From NCBI RefSeq assembly GCF_055900595.2, contig NZ_CM148325.1: a DNA stretch of 64,000 nt; one strand, given 5' to 3'. Both the position numbers and the translations under genes were made by a program. The notes under the pieces are model-generated. The model ran no database searches. It saw only the letters and a list, made by a program, of their open reading frames with translations, and was not told the origin of the DNA. Below, one piece after another: positions 63,975 through 64,000 of the stretch (its first letter is position 1; the number at the start of each line of letters is the position of its first letter).

Positions 63975-64000
63975 TCTATACCTACTCCTTCCCGTAACGT

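Overview
This window is a conserved Enterobacteriaceae (Escherichia coli-like) chromosomal core segment, in reverse orientation relative to my recollection of K-12 MG1655 (about 1.12-1.19 Mb). Gene order, read left to right: phoQ (3' part) - roxA/ycfD - pepT - potABCD - cobB - nagK - lolEDC - ycfT - mfd - ldtC - bhsA - comR - ycfJ - ndh - ycfP - nagZ - thiK - lpoB - ycfL - hinT - fhuE - [IS200] - ptsG - ycfH - holB - tmk - mltG - pabC - [IS200] - fabF - acpP - fabG - fabD - fabH - plsX - rpmF - yceD - (sraB) - yceF - rluC - rne - flagellar region I (flgL to flgB on the minus strand, flgAMN on the plus strand) - murJ - yceM - yceH - rimJ. Calls rest on the supplied ORF translations, which I recognise as these well-known proteins, plus direct reading of the intergenic sequence. 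I could not run any search, so all family assignments are from memory. The only clearly accessory content is two copies of a 714-bp IS200-family element (Y1/HUH transposase), in the same orientation, each inserted just downstream of a rho-independent terminator, together bracketing the 6.1-kb ptsG-ycfH-holB-tmk-mltG-pabC block. A second possible strain difference is that potD and cobB are separated by only 213 bp, whereas I recall ymfA and ycfZ lying between them in K-12. I find no unassigned coding capacity, no CRISPR array, no tRNA or rRNA, and no evidence for a novel multi-gene system: every ORF of 60 aa or more that is not a known gene lies antisense to or overlapping a well-supported gene. 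Coordinates of small motifs were read by eye and may be off by a few bases.
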